Shown piece by piece: positions 38,550 to 52,083 of a stretch of 64,000 nt of DNA; the first letter of the stretch is position 1; each line of letters starts with the position of its first letter. Under the pieces are notes generated by a model. That model did no database searches. It was not told where the DNA came from and worked only from the letters and a program-made list of their open reading frames with translations. The stretch is from Mytilus californianus (taxonomy: Eukaryota). Made by a program: the position numbers and the translations under genes. The DNA lies in contig NW_026262723.1 of the NCBI RefSeq assembly GCF_021869535.1, positions 17,546,001 to 17,610,000 on the forward strand. The letters are read 5' to 3'.

Positions 38550-39740
38550 ACGTACAAAAATGTAATAGTATCTTTATTAATTAACTACAGTGTTACAATA
38601 TTTTTTTTATTTCATTTCACAAGAGATAAACATTTTTACCTTGAAGTGGAACTATCCAAATCTCAGTTTCTTTTTATAAGATGCAATATCTAATGATTCG
38701 GTGCTGTTTGAAGTATCTTCAGCCTTTTCTCATCTGATGAATTTTTCTACCCTTTCCAGTCACTATAAAGTGTTACAACTTTAATTTAGACACAACACAT
38801 AAATAGTAATTGGAAATGTGCTGCCATTGCATGTGTAATGCAAATATATTTTAAAAAAAAAATAATGTAAGAGTTGAAATTGATACAACTATCCATAAGC
38901 CAATTGACCAAAGAACGAAGATTTGCACAATTACAGAATGCATATGCCTGGTTCGGGTTTAAAAATAAACGACTGTTTAAATACAAAACATGAGAAGCGA
39001 CAGTAAACAGTAAAAATCGATTTGTACCATCGACATGATGAAATTATGAGGTCGTCAAGAAATGAACTTTGTGATAATTTACTCGTTCCCCAAACCTGAA
39101 ATAATCCCATCGTCAACTTTCAAAATGCTTTTTAAATGAATGGGACCGTCTTTAACCTAAAATATATGCCATACTGAACGTTTCAGCTTGTTTATGGTGA
39201 GTAAACCTGCGTCTTACAAACAACTGTTTACTTTCAGTTTGAGTTTATAGTGACTTACGATCTAAAAACTAGAGACGTTCCGAAATCCTATTTTGTAAAC
39301 AAAGATTCATACGCACCGCGTGGGTATAACCGTATTACTAATTTCCGATTTTTAAAATCTCCGTAAATCTGGATAAAGACCAGTTTCTATCCAATGGATA
39401 TCAAAATGATTCCGATTTTCACCTTTTTTTAATGATTGTAAAGTTGAAATGGCATGAAAGGCTGACATTATTTAGGAGAAATATTTTGTCTAGCGATTGC
39501 TGATCATTGGAGGGTAAAAAGTCCAACACCATAACAAAACGGATCTATTTATCATGAATACATACCGATTGTTTACGATTGTAAGACATGTGCATAAAAG
39601 TGAAAGCTCAAATAAATATGAAAAATATAACAAAGGGATAGCGTCATTTTCCAACAACAAATATAAAAGAGTTCCGTGGAACCCTGTGTCTCGCCTGCGA
39701 CTGCTGCTGACAGTGTCAAAGTGTAATGTTGACTGACAAA

Positions 39741-39779
39741 TCATGGAAGTATTATATAGTCAATATAATACTTCCATGG
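39741..39779. repeat. Perfect hairpin; probable collapsed transposon ends
   Basis: CATGGAAGTATTATAT-AGTCA-ATATAATACTTCCATG. One arm (CAATATAATACTTCCA) also occurs at about 31353-31368. Confidence 0.7.
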
Positions 39780-40157
39780 ACAAATCAAATATAAGATAGG
39801 AAATTTGGGGACAATTGATAAGTGTCAACGAGACAACTCTCCGCCAGACACCAAAGGACGAAGTCAACTACAGGTCACAATACTGACTTATACAACGAGA
39901 ATATAAATTGACAAATGCCTTTGACTACTAGTAAATCATGTTTTAGTGGAACAGAAATGATAGGGTTCATCAGTTACTGTTGTCTCTAAATATAGTATTC
40001 GATGAATCATTTTCATTGTCAGTTTGTTCCTCAACCCCATGTTCACGGAAATGACGGTGGTTGTACAGTATAATTTACAACGAAATTATTAAATAAGCTA
40101 TAACAGGTTCTGGCATAGACTTATTTATGCTTAAAACAGTCATACACTGAGATCAAC

Positions 40158-43100
40158 ACAAGAGTGCACACGCTGAAATGTCTCGCCTTCTTTATTAATC
40201 ATTGATATTATGTTGATAGTCCTAAATATAAAGCTTTATTACAACTGTCACATAAACTTAACATTAACCAAAAAACTAAACATTGACCAATGAACCATGA
40301 AAATGAGGTCAAGGTCAGATGAACCATGCCAGGCAGACATGGACAGCTAACAATTCTTCCATACAGCAAATATAGTTGACCTATTGCTTATAGTTTAAGA
40401 AAAACAGACCATAACACAAAAACTTAACACTGAGCAATGAACCGTGAAAATGAGGTCAAGGTCAAATAAAACCTGTGCGACCGACATATAGATCATAAAA
40501 TATTTCCATATACCAAATATAGTTGACCTATTGCATATAGTATTAGAAAAAAAGACCAAAACTCAAAAACTTAACTTTGACCACTGAACCATGAAAATTA
40601 GGTCAAGGTCAAATGAAACCTGCCAGCTAGACATGTACACCTTACAATCATTCCATACACCAAATATAGTAGACCTATTGCGTACAGTATAAGAAAAACA
40701 GACCAAAACACAATAAAATGCTCCGCAGGGCGCAGCTTCATACGACCGCATCGGTCGAACCCTGAACAGTTGGGGCAAGTATGGACACAACATTCAAGCT
40801 TGATACAGCTTTGCATTTGGATTGTGATTAAATATTTGACACATCATAGGTTTCTGACACAGAATGAATGTGGTCTAAGAACTTAAAAATTTTAAATTGG
40901 ACATTCACCTATTATGGTCCAATATCCAAAATCTAAATACATGGTTAGATTCAGCATATCAAAGAACCCCAAGAATTCAATTTTTGATGAAATCAAACAA
41001 AGTTTAATTTTGGACCCTTTTGACCTCAATGTGGACAAAGTTGATAAGGGGGCCCAAAAATCAAAAATCTAAATACATGGTTAGATTCAGCATATCAAAG
41101 AACCCCAAGAATTCAATTTTTGATGAAATCAAACAAAGTTTAATTTTTGACCCTTTTGACCTCAATGTGGACAAAGTTGATAACGGGGCCCAAAAATCAA
41201 AAGTCTAAATACATGTTTAGATTCAGCATATCAAAGAACCCTAAGAATTCAATTTTTGTTAAAATCAAACTAAGTTTAATTTTGGACCCTTTGGACCTTA
41301 ATGTAGACCAATTTGAAAACGGAACCAAAAATTAAGAATCTAAATACACGGTTAGATTCGGCATATCAAAGAACCCCAATAATTCAATTTTTGATGAAAT
41401 CAAACAAAGTTTAATTTTGGACCCTTTGGACCTCAATGTGGACCAATTTAAAAACGGGGCCCAAAATCCAAAAACTGAATACACGGTACGATTCAGCATA
41501 TTAAAAAACCCCAAGAATTCAAGAATAAAACCCCATTGAAATTGGTCAAGAAATAATCAATTTATACGAAGTATCTTCTCTTGCACAATACTGTGCAATT
41601 AAATATTTCTTGCTATTGCGCAATACTGTACAATTGACAATTTCTTGCTATTGCGCAATATTGTGCTATTGGATATTTCTTGCTATTGCGCAATACTGTG
41701 CAATTGAAGATTTCTTGCTATTGTGCAATACTGTGCAATTGAAGATTTCTTGCTATTGTGCAATACTGTGCAATTGAAAATTTCTTGCTATTGCACAATA
41801 CTTATTATATAATAATTTACACATCCTGTTTGGTGTGTATCTCCTACCATATCATTATTATTTGCTTTTAAATATAAATCAGAAATAACCAACTTAAAAT
41901 GGAAAATTTTAAAAGAATAAAAAAAGGAAAAAAAGAAAAAAAAAGGAAAAAAAAAAATCCCCCCCCCCCAAATTTTTTGAACCCCCTTATGATTCATCAC
42001 CCCCAAACTCAATCCCAGCCTTCCCTTTGTGGTATGGTACCTTGCAGTACAATTTCAGAGAGATCCATACACTTGAACACAAGTTATTGTCTGGAAACTA
42101 GAAAAATATGTTTTTTGGCCCCTTTTTGGCCCCAAATTCCTAAACGTTTAGGGCAATTACCCCCAAACTCAAACCCAGCTTTCCCTTTGTGATATGGAAC
42201 CTTGTAGTACAATTTCAGAAAGATCCATACACTTACACACAAGTTATTGTCCTGAAACTAGAAAAATGCTTGTTTTTTGCCCCTTTTTGGCCCCTAATTC
42301 CTAAAATTTTGAGGCAATTACCCCCATCATCAATCCCAGCCTTCCCTTTGTGGTATGGTACCTTGCAGTACAATTTCAGAGAGATCCATACACTTGAACA
42401 CAAGTTATTGTCTGGAAACTAGAAAAATGTGTTTTTTGGCCCCTTTTTGGCCCCCAATTCCTAAACGTTTCGGCAATTACCCCCAAACTCAATTCCAGCT
42501 TTCCCTTTGTGATATGGAACCTTGTAGTAAAATTTCAGAAAGATCCATACACTTACACACAAGTTATTGTCATGAAACTAGAAAAATGCTTGTTTTTTGC
42601 CCCTTTTTTGGCCCCTAATTCCTAAAATTTTGAGGCAATTACCCCCAAAATCAATCCCAGCATTCCTTTTGTGATATGGAACCTTGTGGTACAATGTCAG
42701 AGAGATCCATACACTAACACACAAGTTATGTCTGGAAGTTACAAAAATGCTTATTTTTGGCCCCTAATTCCTTTACTGTTGGTACCATAACCCCCAAAAT
42801 CAATCCCAACCTTCCTTTTGTGGTATTGAACCTTGTGGTAAAATTTCATAGAGATCCATTCACTTAAACTAAAGTTAGAGTGCGAAAACCAATGTGTCTT
42901 CGGACGACGCCGGACGACGACGACGACGACGCCAACGTCATACCAATATACGACCACAAAAATTTTTTTGCGGTCGTATAAAAACTTAACTATAACCACT
43001 TAACCATGAAAATGAGGTTAAGATCAGATGACACCTGCCAGTTGGACATGTACACCTTGCAGTCCTTCCATACACCAAATATACTAGACCTATTGCTTAA

Positions 43101-43366
43101 AGTATCTGCGATATGGACTTGACCACCAAAACTTAACCTTGTTCACTGATCCATGAAATGAGGTCAAGGTCAAGTGAAAACTGTCTGACGGGCATGTGGA
43201 CCTTGCAAGGTACGCACATACTAAATATAGTTATCCTATTACTCATAATAAGAAAGAAATTAACATTACAAAAAATGCTTTTAAATTGTTAGCTAACGCC
43301 GCCGCCGCCGGATCACTATCCCTATGTTGAGCTTTCTGCGACAAAAGTCGCAGACTCGACAAAAAA
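40158..43366 (+). mobile_element. HINE/Helentron-type element (outer) with internal tandem units of about 130 bp, interrupted by a nested element
   Basis: Starts ACAAGAG; repeated CCATGAAAATGAGGTCAAGGTCA units on both sides of the insertion; (GCC)n microsatellite and 3' hairpin CTGCGAC-AAAA-GTCGCAG followed by an A-run. Confidence 0.75.
40712..42984 (+). mobile_element. Nested HINE/Helentron-type element (inner) carrying tandem arrays of about 134, 31 and 160 bp
   Basis: 5' ATACGACCGCA, inverted to 3' GCGGTCGTAT (subterminal IR); (GAC)n microsatellite; 3' hairpin TATACGACC...GGTCGTATA; inserted in an A-run of the host unit (ACAC-AA...AAAACTTAAC). Near-complete second copy at 50331-52083. Confidence 0.85.
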
Positions 43367-46300
43367 TGATATTTTGGTCATATATAATATGGTGGTCAAT
43401 AATGTTCTGGCCAGGAAGATGCACATAGATCAATATCAGCGACACAGGCTCTTTAGAGCCTTAAGTTCCATTTTTTTTTTCTATTTTTATTAACAGTGAC
43501 CATAAACTTTGATCTATTGACACAAAAATCAATAAGCATCTTCCACTAAACCATATATCTTCCATCAGTACAAGTGTCATTCCAATCAAGGGAAACTCAA
43601 CTTACCATCCATCAACCATTAGTCCATTTTTCCCAATTTTTTGAAATAGTAGCCTTGAACTTTGACATATTAGCCTCAATATTATTGTTTCTGCCCCTTC
43701 TCTATATCCTCCATATGTATAGTTTAAAATTCAACCAAATGATTTTTGCTAACTCGTCATTTGGTCTCTTGTTCAAATTTATTTCATTTGCAATCATACC
43801 ACAACTTCTTATTTTTATAAAGGAAAACTAAAGTTATCACCCAGAAACTATTTGTTTCAGACATACCGATGGATAAACAGACAGATTAGAGATCAAAGCA
43901 ATGACTATAATATTCTATGAGACAGGATCTACAAAGAGGGTGGTAAAGGGTTATTTTTGTGCAACGTGTTTTGCCATTTTTATTTCACGTGCAGCCGTGA
44001 AAAAGGTTCGTTATTCACTGTGTTTCATAAAATTGGTAAAAAGATCAACGTGCAAGAAATTTTTAATTGTTCGTTCATCGTGAAATGGCAATTTTATTTC
44101 GCGTTCTTCCGTGCAGATAACTTCCCTTTACGCCCCTCTAAAAAGTTGGTCAACCAAAACAGTAGGTCAGAATTTTGCATGTTGAATTTTGACTGCATAT
44201 TGAAAATATGTTGGATAGGGGAAGAAATTTTGCATTGGGACACCCCGTTAATGGACCCCTCAGAATAATGCCTCATAGTTGTTGCAAGCAGTCTTCAAGT
44301 GCAGAGAGCATGTCACTCTCTCTAAAGAAGACATTGAATTATAAATTTCCAATCAAGGCTGAGTATTTATAGATCCAACACAGCCAAACAGATGCTCCTC
44401 TTTAGCATGACTTTTACTGCCAGATGGAAAAAGTCAAGGGAAGACCATATTTCTATACTCTTGTATAACACTGAAGCTTGAAATATTTTTATGAAAATGT
44501 TTTGACTCAAACATACCAGTGATTTGAAAGAGTTGTGTCCCTTACTCTAGATTTAATTATCATAACAAAAACAGATTTTTAAACTTTTATTTCCACAGTG
44601 ATCTCATGTAGAGTATAAACACACTGCTTAGCACTGAGCTTATCATTTTGGCAGGCAAAATCACTATAGTTATATAATTAACAAATAAATAAATAATAAC
44701 AATGATGAAAACAATTGCAAAATTGCACAATTTGAAAGTAATGCTTGATTTATAATTTGAGAAACAAATGACCTATTGATAAAAACAAGAATGGTAAAGA
44801 TATTCAAACAGGCATTATTAATTTAGTCATATGCAAGTTCTTGCATAAATACATAATTTTTTAAAAGTACTATTTTTTTACTTTGCACCTGATCTATGTT
44901 TTTCCTAAAAATTCAAATACATTAAGATTTAAAAAAAACACAGAAGAGAAATGGTTTCTAAGCCTAACATTTTGTCCTGTGTCTTTGATCTCTTGTTCAT
45001 ATCAACTTTAAAAAAAATTATAACATTTTTACATACTGCATATTACATTACACCAAAGAATATAAACAGAATAGACCTGACGGTCATACAATTTTAATAT
45101 CCTTACATTGTAAACTATAAAATAAAACTGTTAAGTTTTACTCCCCTGGACACAATATTAAAATTTTGAAAACTCTACGTCAAATCTTATCACATCAGAA
45201 TTAATGAGACTGTGCATAAGTAAAAGCTTGATTTTAAAACTTGTCCCATATATTTATATAAATCATTTTGGGTATTATTTAAATGTTGCATTCATTTGCA
45301 TAATTTGACAACCCTGCATACCAAGGTATTCACTTCAGGGACTCAATCGAAATGATTCACACAGGCATTGGTTCACCAGATGGAGTTTAATTCATTATTT
45401 ACTTGTGAATATTAAACTAAAGAATAAACTAATCTTTTCTATTTGCTTCTGAATTTTATAACTGAAAACAGAAATTCTAATGAAAATTAATTAATGCTAA
45501 ATTTTTATGAATTTATTGTTAATGTATTCATATTAATGGGACTAAAAATACCTGAAATTTCATTTCACTTCAGCAGTTGGATATTCCAACCAGAAGCAAA
45601 TTGGAAATTCGATTCAAGTTAGCTATTTCTACATTATTTTCTCTTCGATAGAAATGACAATTTGACAATTTTATTATATTACATTTAATGAAAATATTGT
45701 TATTTTTGTAAGAACTATTTTCCATAATGAGTCCATTTGTGTTACAATACTTATTCTTTCTCAAAATGATGTTGACATTTTTTATTAAATTCTTGTATAA
45801 TCAAATGTGTATTACAGGGGCTTATATGTCGTTTTTTTACAAAAATAGATTAAATAATGCAACTGTTAAAATAAAGATCTTACATTTTATTTAATTTTTT
45901 TAAATTCAATCTGAATAAAATACAAATCCTGTGTCTCCCGTTTACTTACGAGTATCTTACAATTTCTGTTCTGATATTCAAGTCAACCAATGAAATTTCT
46001 GCCTCAAATATTTGAACATTTGTATCATTATCATAAAATCTGAGGATGCCCATAAAGGTCATCAAAATAGAAAGTTAAACAGAGCAGCCTCAGATCCTTT
46101 ACTGGAAATCACAGAAGTTCCTGTAAAATTTTGAGTTCACAAGAGAAAAAGTGATTGTTGTATGACGTCAATAGTTCAAGTGTCGCAAATTCTGGGTTTA
46201 AATGGCGCAGATCCCCAAATAGCGATAAGGTCTATAGTGGACACAGGAGCTGTATTTCAGTCCGATTTTTTTAAATTGTGTCATAATGAAGATGACTATT

Positions 46301-47786
46301 GCTTTCCATTGCAAAATCATTTGCTATGTAAGATTGACAGGTCAAATTATAATGAGGATTTTATGATCTGTCTGGACACTCAGTTTTATGCACTTATACA
46401 CAAACTGATGTCAGACTTACATTTTATATACTGGTCAGTAGGCAATTACAATTTTCTTTTGAAAATTCAAGTTTGTTAGCAGATGAATGATCTGACCTTT
46501 GTTGAGTAAGTAAGTGCTAAGAATGTTTTTAGTAATATCAAATGCGAGAGTAATCCTAATGCAAAATAGCTTCTTTAGTCATAAGGGACTGTAATATCAA
46601 ATTGAGGTTTTAAGGGTTTTTTTTGTGTCAAGGATGGGCTAAAAATATAATATGATATATATATGTTTCCTGATATATAGGATAAAAATTGAGGTTCATT
46701 GATTATTAAGTTTTCATTTGTAACTTTTTTTACATCAAAAAAGAAATATAAAATCATTAATCTTGACTTAAGACAGTGTTAATCTATGATTACCTGTACC
46801 TCAACTAGTTGAGGGTCACCTTTACAGTAAATAAGGACGAGTAGCCTCAGAAGACATATTTTTGTTTATTTGGCCTTATTGATGAAAAGTAAAAATTTCT
46901 GTGACTTTCAAGTTGGTTTGTAATGGAAACAATACAACAGATGACAATTTATTCCCTAAGAAAAAGACTATGTATCAAAATATTCTATAAAAATACCATC
47001 ACTAAAGCTATCCGCCTGCGAAAAAAGCCAGCAGACGGTAAAAATTATATGAAACATGATGCATGAATGTCTCGAGAATTGACTAGAATATTTCATAAAT
47101 ACAATTATGACATATAAAGGTATCATTATGTACAAATAAAGTCACAGTTACAAATTACTACAAAGATTCTCTTATAGAAATCAATAGTATAATCTGACAC
47201 AGAATGACACACCAGGGATAATGCTCAACCATACTGAAGTAATAAACAATAAAAACACAACCATCAACACTAGAAGCTTTTACCTAATTCTTTTTTTACA
47301 TTATTTGAAGAGTAGATGCAAGAAACGTTCTTTTATAACTTATAACAATCGTTTCATTTTTTTATTGCATTTGAAAGGTTATTGTTTATAATGATAAACC
47401 AAAAATCTTTCTAACTGAATTTTCTAAAATCTAAATCACATTTGGAAACCTCTAGCACGACATGAAATGACATGACATGCCAAAATGCAAGTAAAAACTC
47501 ATGCCGTGATTTTTGGCTCTTAAAATCATACAATTTAAATTCACTTAAATTACTAGGAAATAACAGATTGATGAAAGCTTTCATTGATGTTAATCAAATA
47601 TTTAATGGAAAATCTTCAACAGTAATCTGTAAGACCTGTTCTAGTAAAAAATATCTGGGAGTCTTATAAAAGACACTTGCAGATAGATTTTTATGGTTGG
47701 TTGTGTCTTGAATATATTTTAGCATTAAGATTAGAGGGGGCTATTATTTGATGTGCAAATACGTTAATATCTTTCCATTTGCTTAA

Positions 47787-48062
47787 GGTGGTACATAACA
47801 ATACAGGGAGATAACTCTGTTAAAAATCAGATGAACGTTTTAATCACGTTCTATTGTTAAGGAAATATTAGGCTTCTCAAAGATCAAAATTAGTGTTTGT
47901 CAAACTGCTATATATATCCAATGAAATTTTTTCAATAATGCGTGTGGTTCAAGTTATTTGAAATTTTATATTTTTGTAAAAGGGTCAAAGTAAATATTTT
48001 GTCAAAATTTTATGAAAATTAAACGAGCCAAATTAATTTTAGTCAAGGTGTTTGGTACCACC
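47787..48062. mobile_element. MITE with TTAA target-site duplication (Kolobok-like termini)
   Basis: TTAA|GGTGGTAC...GTACCACC|TTAA (TTAA at 47783-47786 and 48063-48066). Confidence 0.8.
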
Positions 48063-50330
48063 TTAACTCGTCACAAAGATTCAGCAGGTGAAAAATTTCC
48101 AGTAATATGTCTTTCAAACCTCTATGTTGAAACAACCACAATACAAGAACTCCTCTATGGCAATTACTATTTTTGTTCCGTCTAAAAAAAATTCACTGAT
48201 AAAACTTTTCAGGTGTGGAGGTCAAAATGTTTGAATTTAGGTATATCTTGTGTAAAATCACCTCGTATATGCCTCACATATGGAATGGTAATTTCAATAG
48301 TAGCTGTAGTAGTTCTGAATCAAACCATCTCATTTGAGCAATACTGAGATAAACATTTTACATTGTAAAGGTGAATAAGGAGTCTAAATTGCAAATGAAC
48401 AGTCTATGTTTTTACTGATATTAGCAAATAAAAATGTTCATGGATATGAAATTTTAAATCTTTGTTATATCAGGGGAGATAATGCATATAATTTACTTTT
48501 ATGAAGGAATCTACAGTAAATTTACTTATTTTGTTATGAAGCAAGAAAAAGAATATGCTGATCCCAATTTTTCTTTTTCTTTATTGGAAAGTACTTTATA
48601 AGAGCTATCTTCTCATATTTCATTTTAATATAACATCGTGTAGTTTTCTTTTCTATTCACAAAAAAATGCTTTTTTCCATGTATAATCTTTACTAATGAA
48701 ATAGTAACTTATGGTAAAATAATCATATAAATAGGCACTTATTTGACATAATGGAGAAATATTATCAAAGAATGCTTACAAATCAAATACCAAGAGTAAA
48801 ACTATGATGTAGTCTACTTATAAAAAGTCTAGCTGGTCTTTAACAAAACTGGCCATCATTAAAATAAACCAGCACTTTCTATCATGTATTATAAAATTTA
48901 CTGTAACACTTTTGACAAGTTACTTTTGTTTATTTTGTGTTTCATCAATTTGGATTTTTGGGGAAATAAAATTTTCTGACTGAGTATTACTAAGTTAGAT
49001 GTCACTCGGCTGAAATAGACCCCAAAAAACAGGCTGTTGTACTTCAGAGCAATCTAGGATTTCCATATCCAACAGCCTCAACCAGTCCATATGACACCAC
49101 AGCAATGAATCTCTTACTCAAACAGCTCCTCACAGCAATGAATCTCTGACTCAAACAGCTCCAACCCGTCCATATGACAACTCAGCAATGAATCTCTTGA
49201 CTCAAACAACTTCAACCAGTCCCCAAAACACTATTAAACCTATAGAAGATAGAGTTTGCACACGTCTCCTTATTATGGACAGGTATTTTGAAATTTATCA
49301 TAAAAAAAATTGTTCCCAAATCCTACATAAACATAATAAATATGATGTATATATTTTTAAGCTTCTACATCTTGGCAGTGATACATTCTTGCATGAATTA
49401 CATATCAAGTACATTATGCGGTGCTATTTTAGACAGATTTCCTTGTGCTATTTATAGCTGGTCATAAATCAAAAGCTAATTACAAGACACATACCAATGT
49501 ATATAGATTAATAAGCTGACAACAATAAGTTTATAATTTTCATAGTATTACATTTTTAATAATATACATGTTCTTGTTTTGGACCAATGTCAATAGAATC
49601 TGATATACATTCAAATTTAAAAAAGACTACAATTGTTCTTTTTACAATTAATGAATATTATTTTGAACCACTATAGCCTTAGCATGAATACCTATCGTTT
49701 TTGTTTTTTCAATTCAAAAACATTGTAATTGTTTGACCTTGAAAAACTGTCACTTAAATTGAAGGGCTGATAATTTTAACAAGATCAATAAACTTTTTCA
49801 AGTATTTAGCTTTGTACAGGGAGAAAGTAAAAAAACATTAATAATTGAAAATAGATGTATAATGAGACAGAATCCCAACAATAAAAGTTCACCAAAAAAA
49901 GAGAAAAATATTCTGTTCATAAAATCATAATCATATAGACTAACATGGTGATAACAGCTTCATTCTGACATTGGGATAAATATGATTTTAAATACATGAA
50001 CAAGTATGTATATTCATCATAAATTATGATTTAACACTTTATACTTTGAACAAAAAATATATATAGCACTTTGTGATTGGATATGATTCTGTACAAGTGA
50101 TTTCTCTTTCAATAATATGGGTACATCTTATACATACTGTGGATTCATTTATTTCCATGGGTTTCAATTTTCATTGACTGATGAAACATTTAACTTTCGC
50201 AGATACTTGACTTCATGGTTTTGACAAATTCTGCATGAAACAACCAATCAGAATTCTGTATTTTGTTGAACTCTAAAACTTCATATTTCACATATACTCT
50301 GAAAATCCATGAAAATTAGAACCAAAAGCA

Positions 50331-52083
50331 AATAAAATGCTACGCAGGGCGCAGCTTGATACAACCGCAGAGGTCGAACCCTGAACAGTTGGGGCAAGTA
50401 TGGACACAACATTCAAGCTTGATACAGCTTTGCATTTGGATTGTGATTAAATATTTGACACAGCATAGGTTTCTGACACAGAATGAATGTGGTCTAAGAA
50501 CTTAAAAATTTTAAATTGGACATTCACCTATTATGGTCCAATATCCAAAATCTAAATACATGGTTAGATTCAGCATATCAAAGAACCCCATATATTCAAT
50601 TTTTGTTGAAATCAAACAAATTTTAATTTTGGACCCCGATTTGGACCAACTTGAAAACTGAGCCCATAATCAAAAATCTAAATACATGTTTAGATTCAGC
50701 ATATCAAAGAACCCTAAGAATTCAATTTTTGTTAAAATCAAACTAAGTTTAATTTTGGACCCTTTGGACCTTAATGAAGACCAATTTGAAAACGGAACCA
50801 AAAATTAAGAATCTAAATACACGGTTAGATTCGGCATATCAAAGAACCCCAATAATTCAATTTTTGATGAAATCAAACAAAGTTTAATTTTGGACCCTTT
50901 AGACCTCAATGTGGACCAATTTAAAAACTAGCCCAAAATCCAAAAACTAAATACATGGTTAGATTCAGCATATTAAAGAACCCCAAGAATTCAAGAATAA
51001 AACCCCATTGAAATTGGTCAAGAAATAAGCAATTTATACAAAGTATCTTCATTTGCACAATACTGTGCAATTAAATATTTCTTGCTATTGCGCAATACTG
51101 TACAATTGACAATTTCTTGCTATTGCGCAATATTGTGCTATTGGATATTTCTTGCTATTGCGCAATACTGTGCAATTGAAGATTTCTTGCTATTGTGCAG
51201 TACTGTGCAATTGAAAATTTCTTGCTATTGCACAATACTTATTATATAATAATTTACACATCCTGTTTGGTGTGTATCTCCTACCATATCATTATTTTTT
51301 GCTTTTAAATATAAATCAGAAATAACCAACTTAAAATGGAAAATTTTAAAAGAAAAAATAGGAAAAAAAAAAAAATCCCCCCCCCCCCCAAATTTTTTGA
51401 ACCCCCTTATGATTCATCACACCCAAACTCAATCCCAGCCTTCCCTTTGTGGTATGGTACCTTGCAGTACAATTTCAGAGAGATCCATACACTTGAACAC
51501 AAGTTATTGTCTGGAAACTAGAAAAATGCTTATTTTTGGCCCCTTTTTGGCCCCCCATTCCTAAACGTTTCGGCAATTACCCCCAAACTCAATTCCAGCT
51601 TTCCCTTTGTGATATGGAACCTTGTAGTACAATTTCATAAAGATCCATACACTTACACACAAGTTATTGTCATGAAACTAGAAAAATGCTTGTTTTTTGC
51701 CCCTTTTTTGGCCCCTATTTCCTAAAATTTTGAGGCAATTACCCCCAAAATCAATCCCAGCATTCCTTTTGTGATATGGAACCTTGTGGTACAATGTCAG
51801 AGAGATCCATACACTAACACACAAGTTATGTCTGGAAGTTACAAAAATGCTTATTTTTGGCCCCTTTTTGGCCCCTAATTCCTTTACTGTTGGTTATATA
51901 ACCCCCAAAATCAATCCCAACCTTCCTTTTGTGGTATTGAACCTTGTGGTAAAATTTCATAGAGATCCATTCACATAAACTAAAGTTAGAGTGCGAAAAC
52001 CAATGTGTCTTCGGACGACACCGGACGACGACGACGACATACCAATAAAGGACCACAAAAACTTTTTCGAGGTCGTATAAAAA
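50331..52083 (+). mobile_element. Second copy of the inner HINE family (fewer internal tandem units)
   Basis: Colinear with 40712-42984 from AATAAAATGCT(A/C)CGCAGGGCGCAGC to GGTCGTATAAAAA. Confidence 0.88.

Noticed and set aside
46162-46479. 105-aa ORF containing IVDTGA (retropepsin-like motif)
   Set aside because: No gag, RT or LTR context and no downstream ILG-type motif; likely chance.
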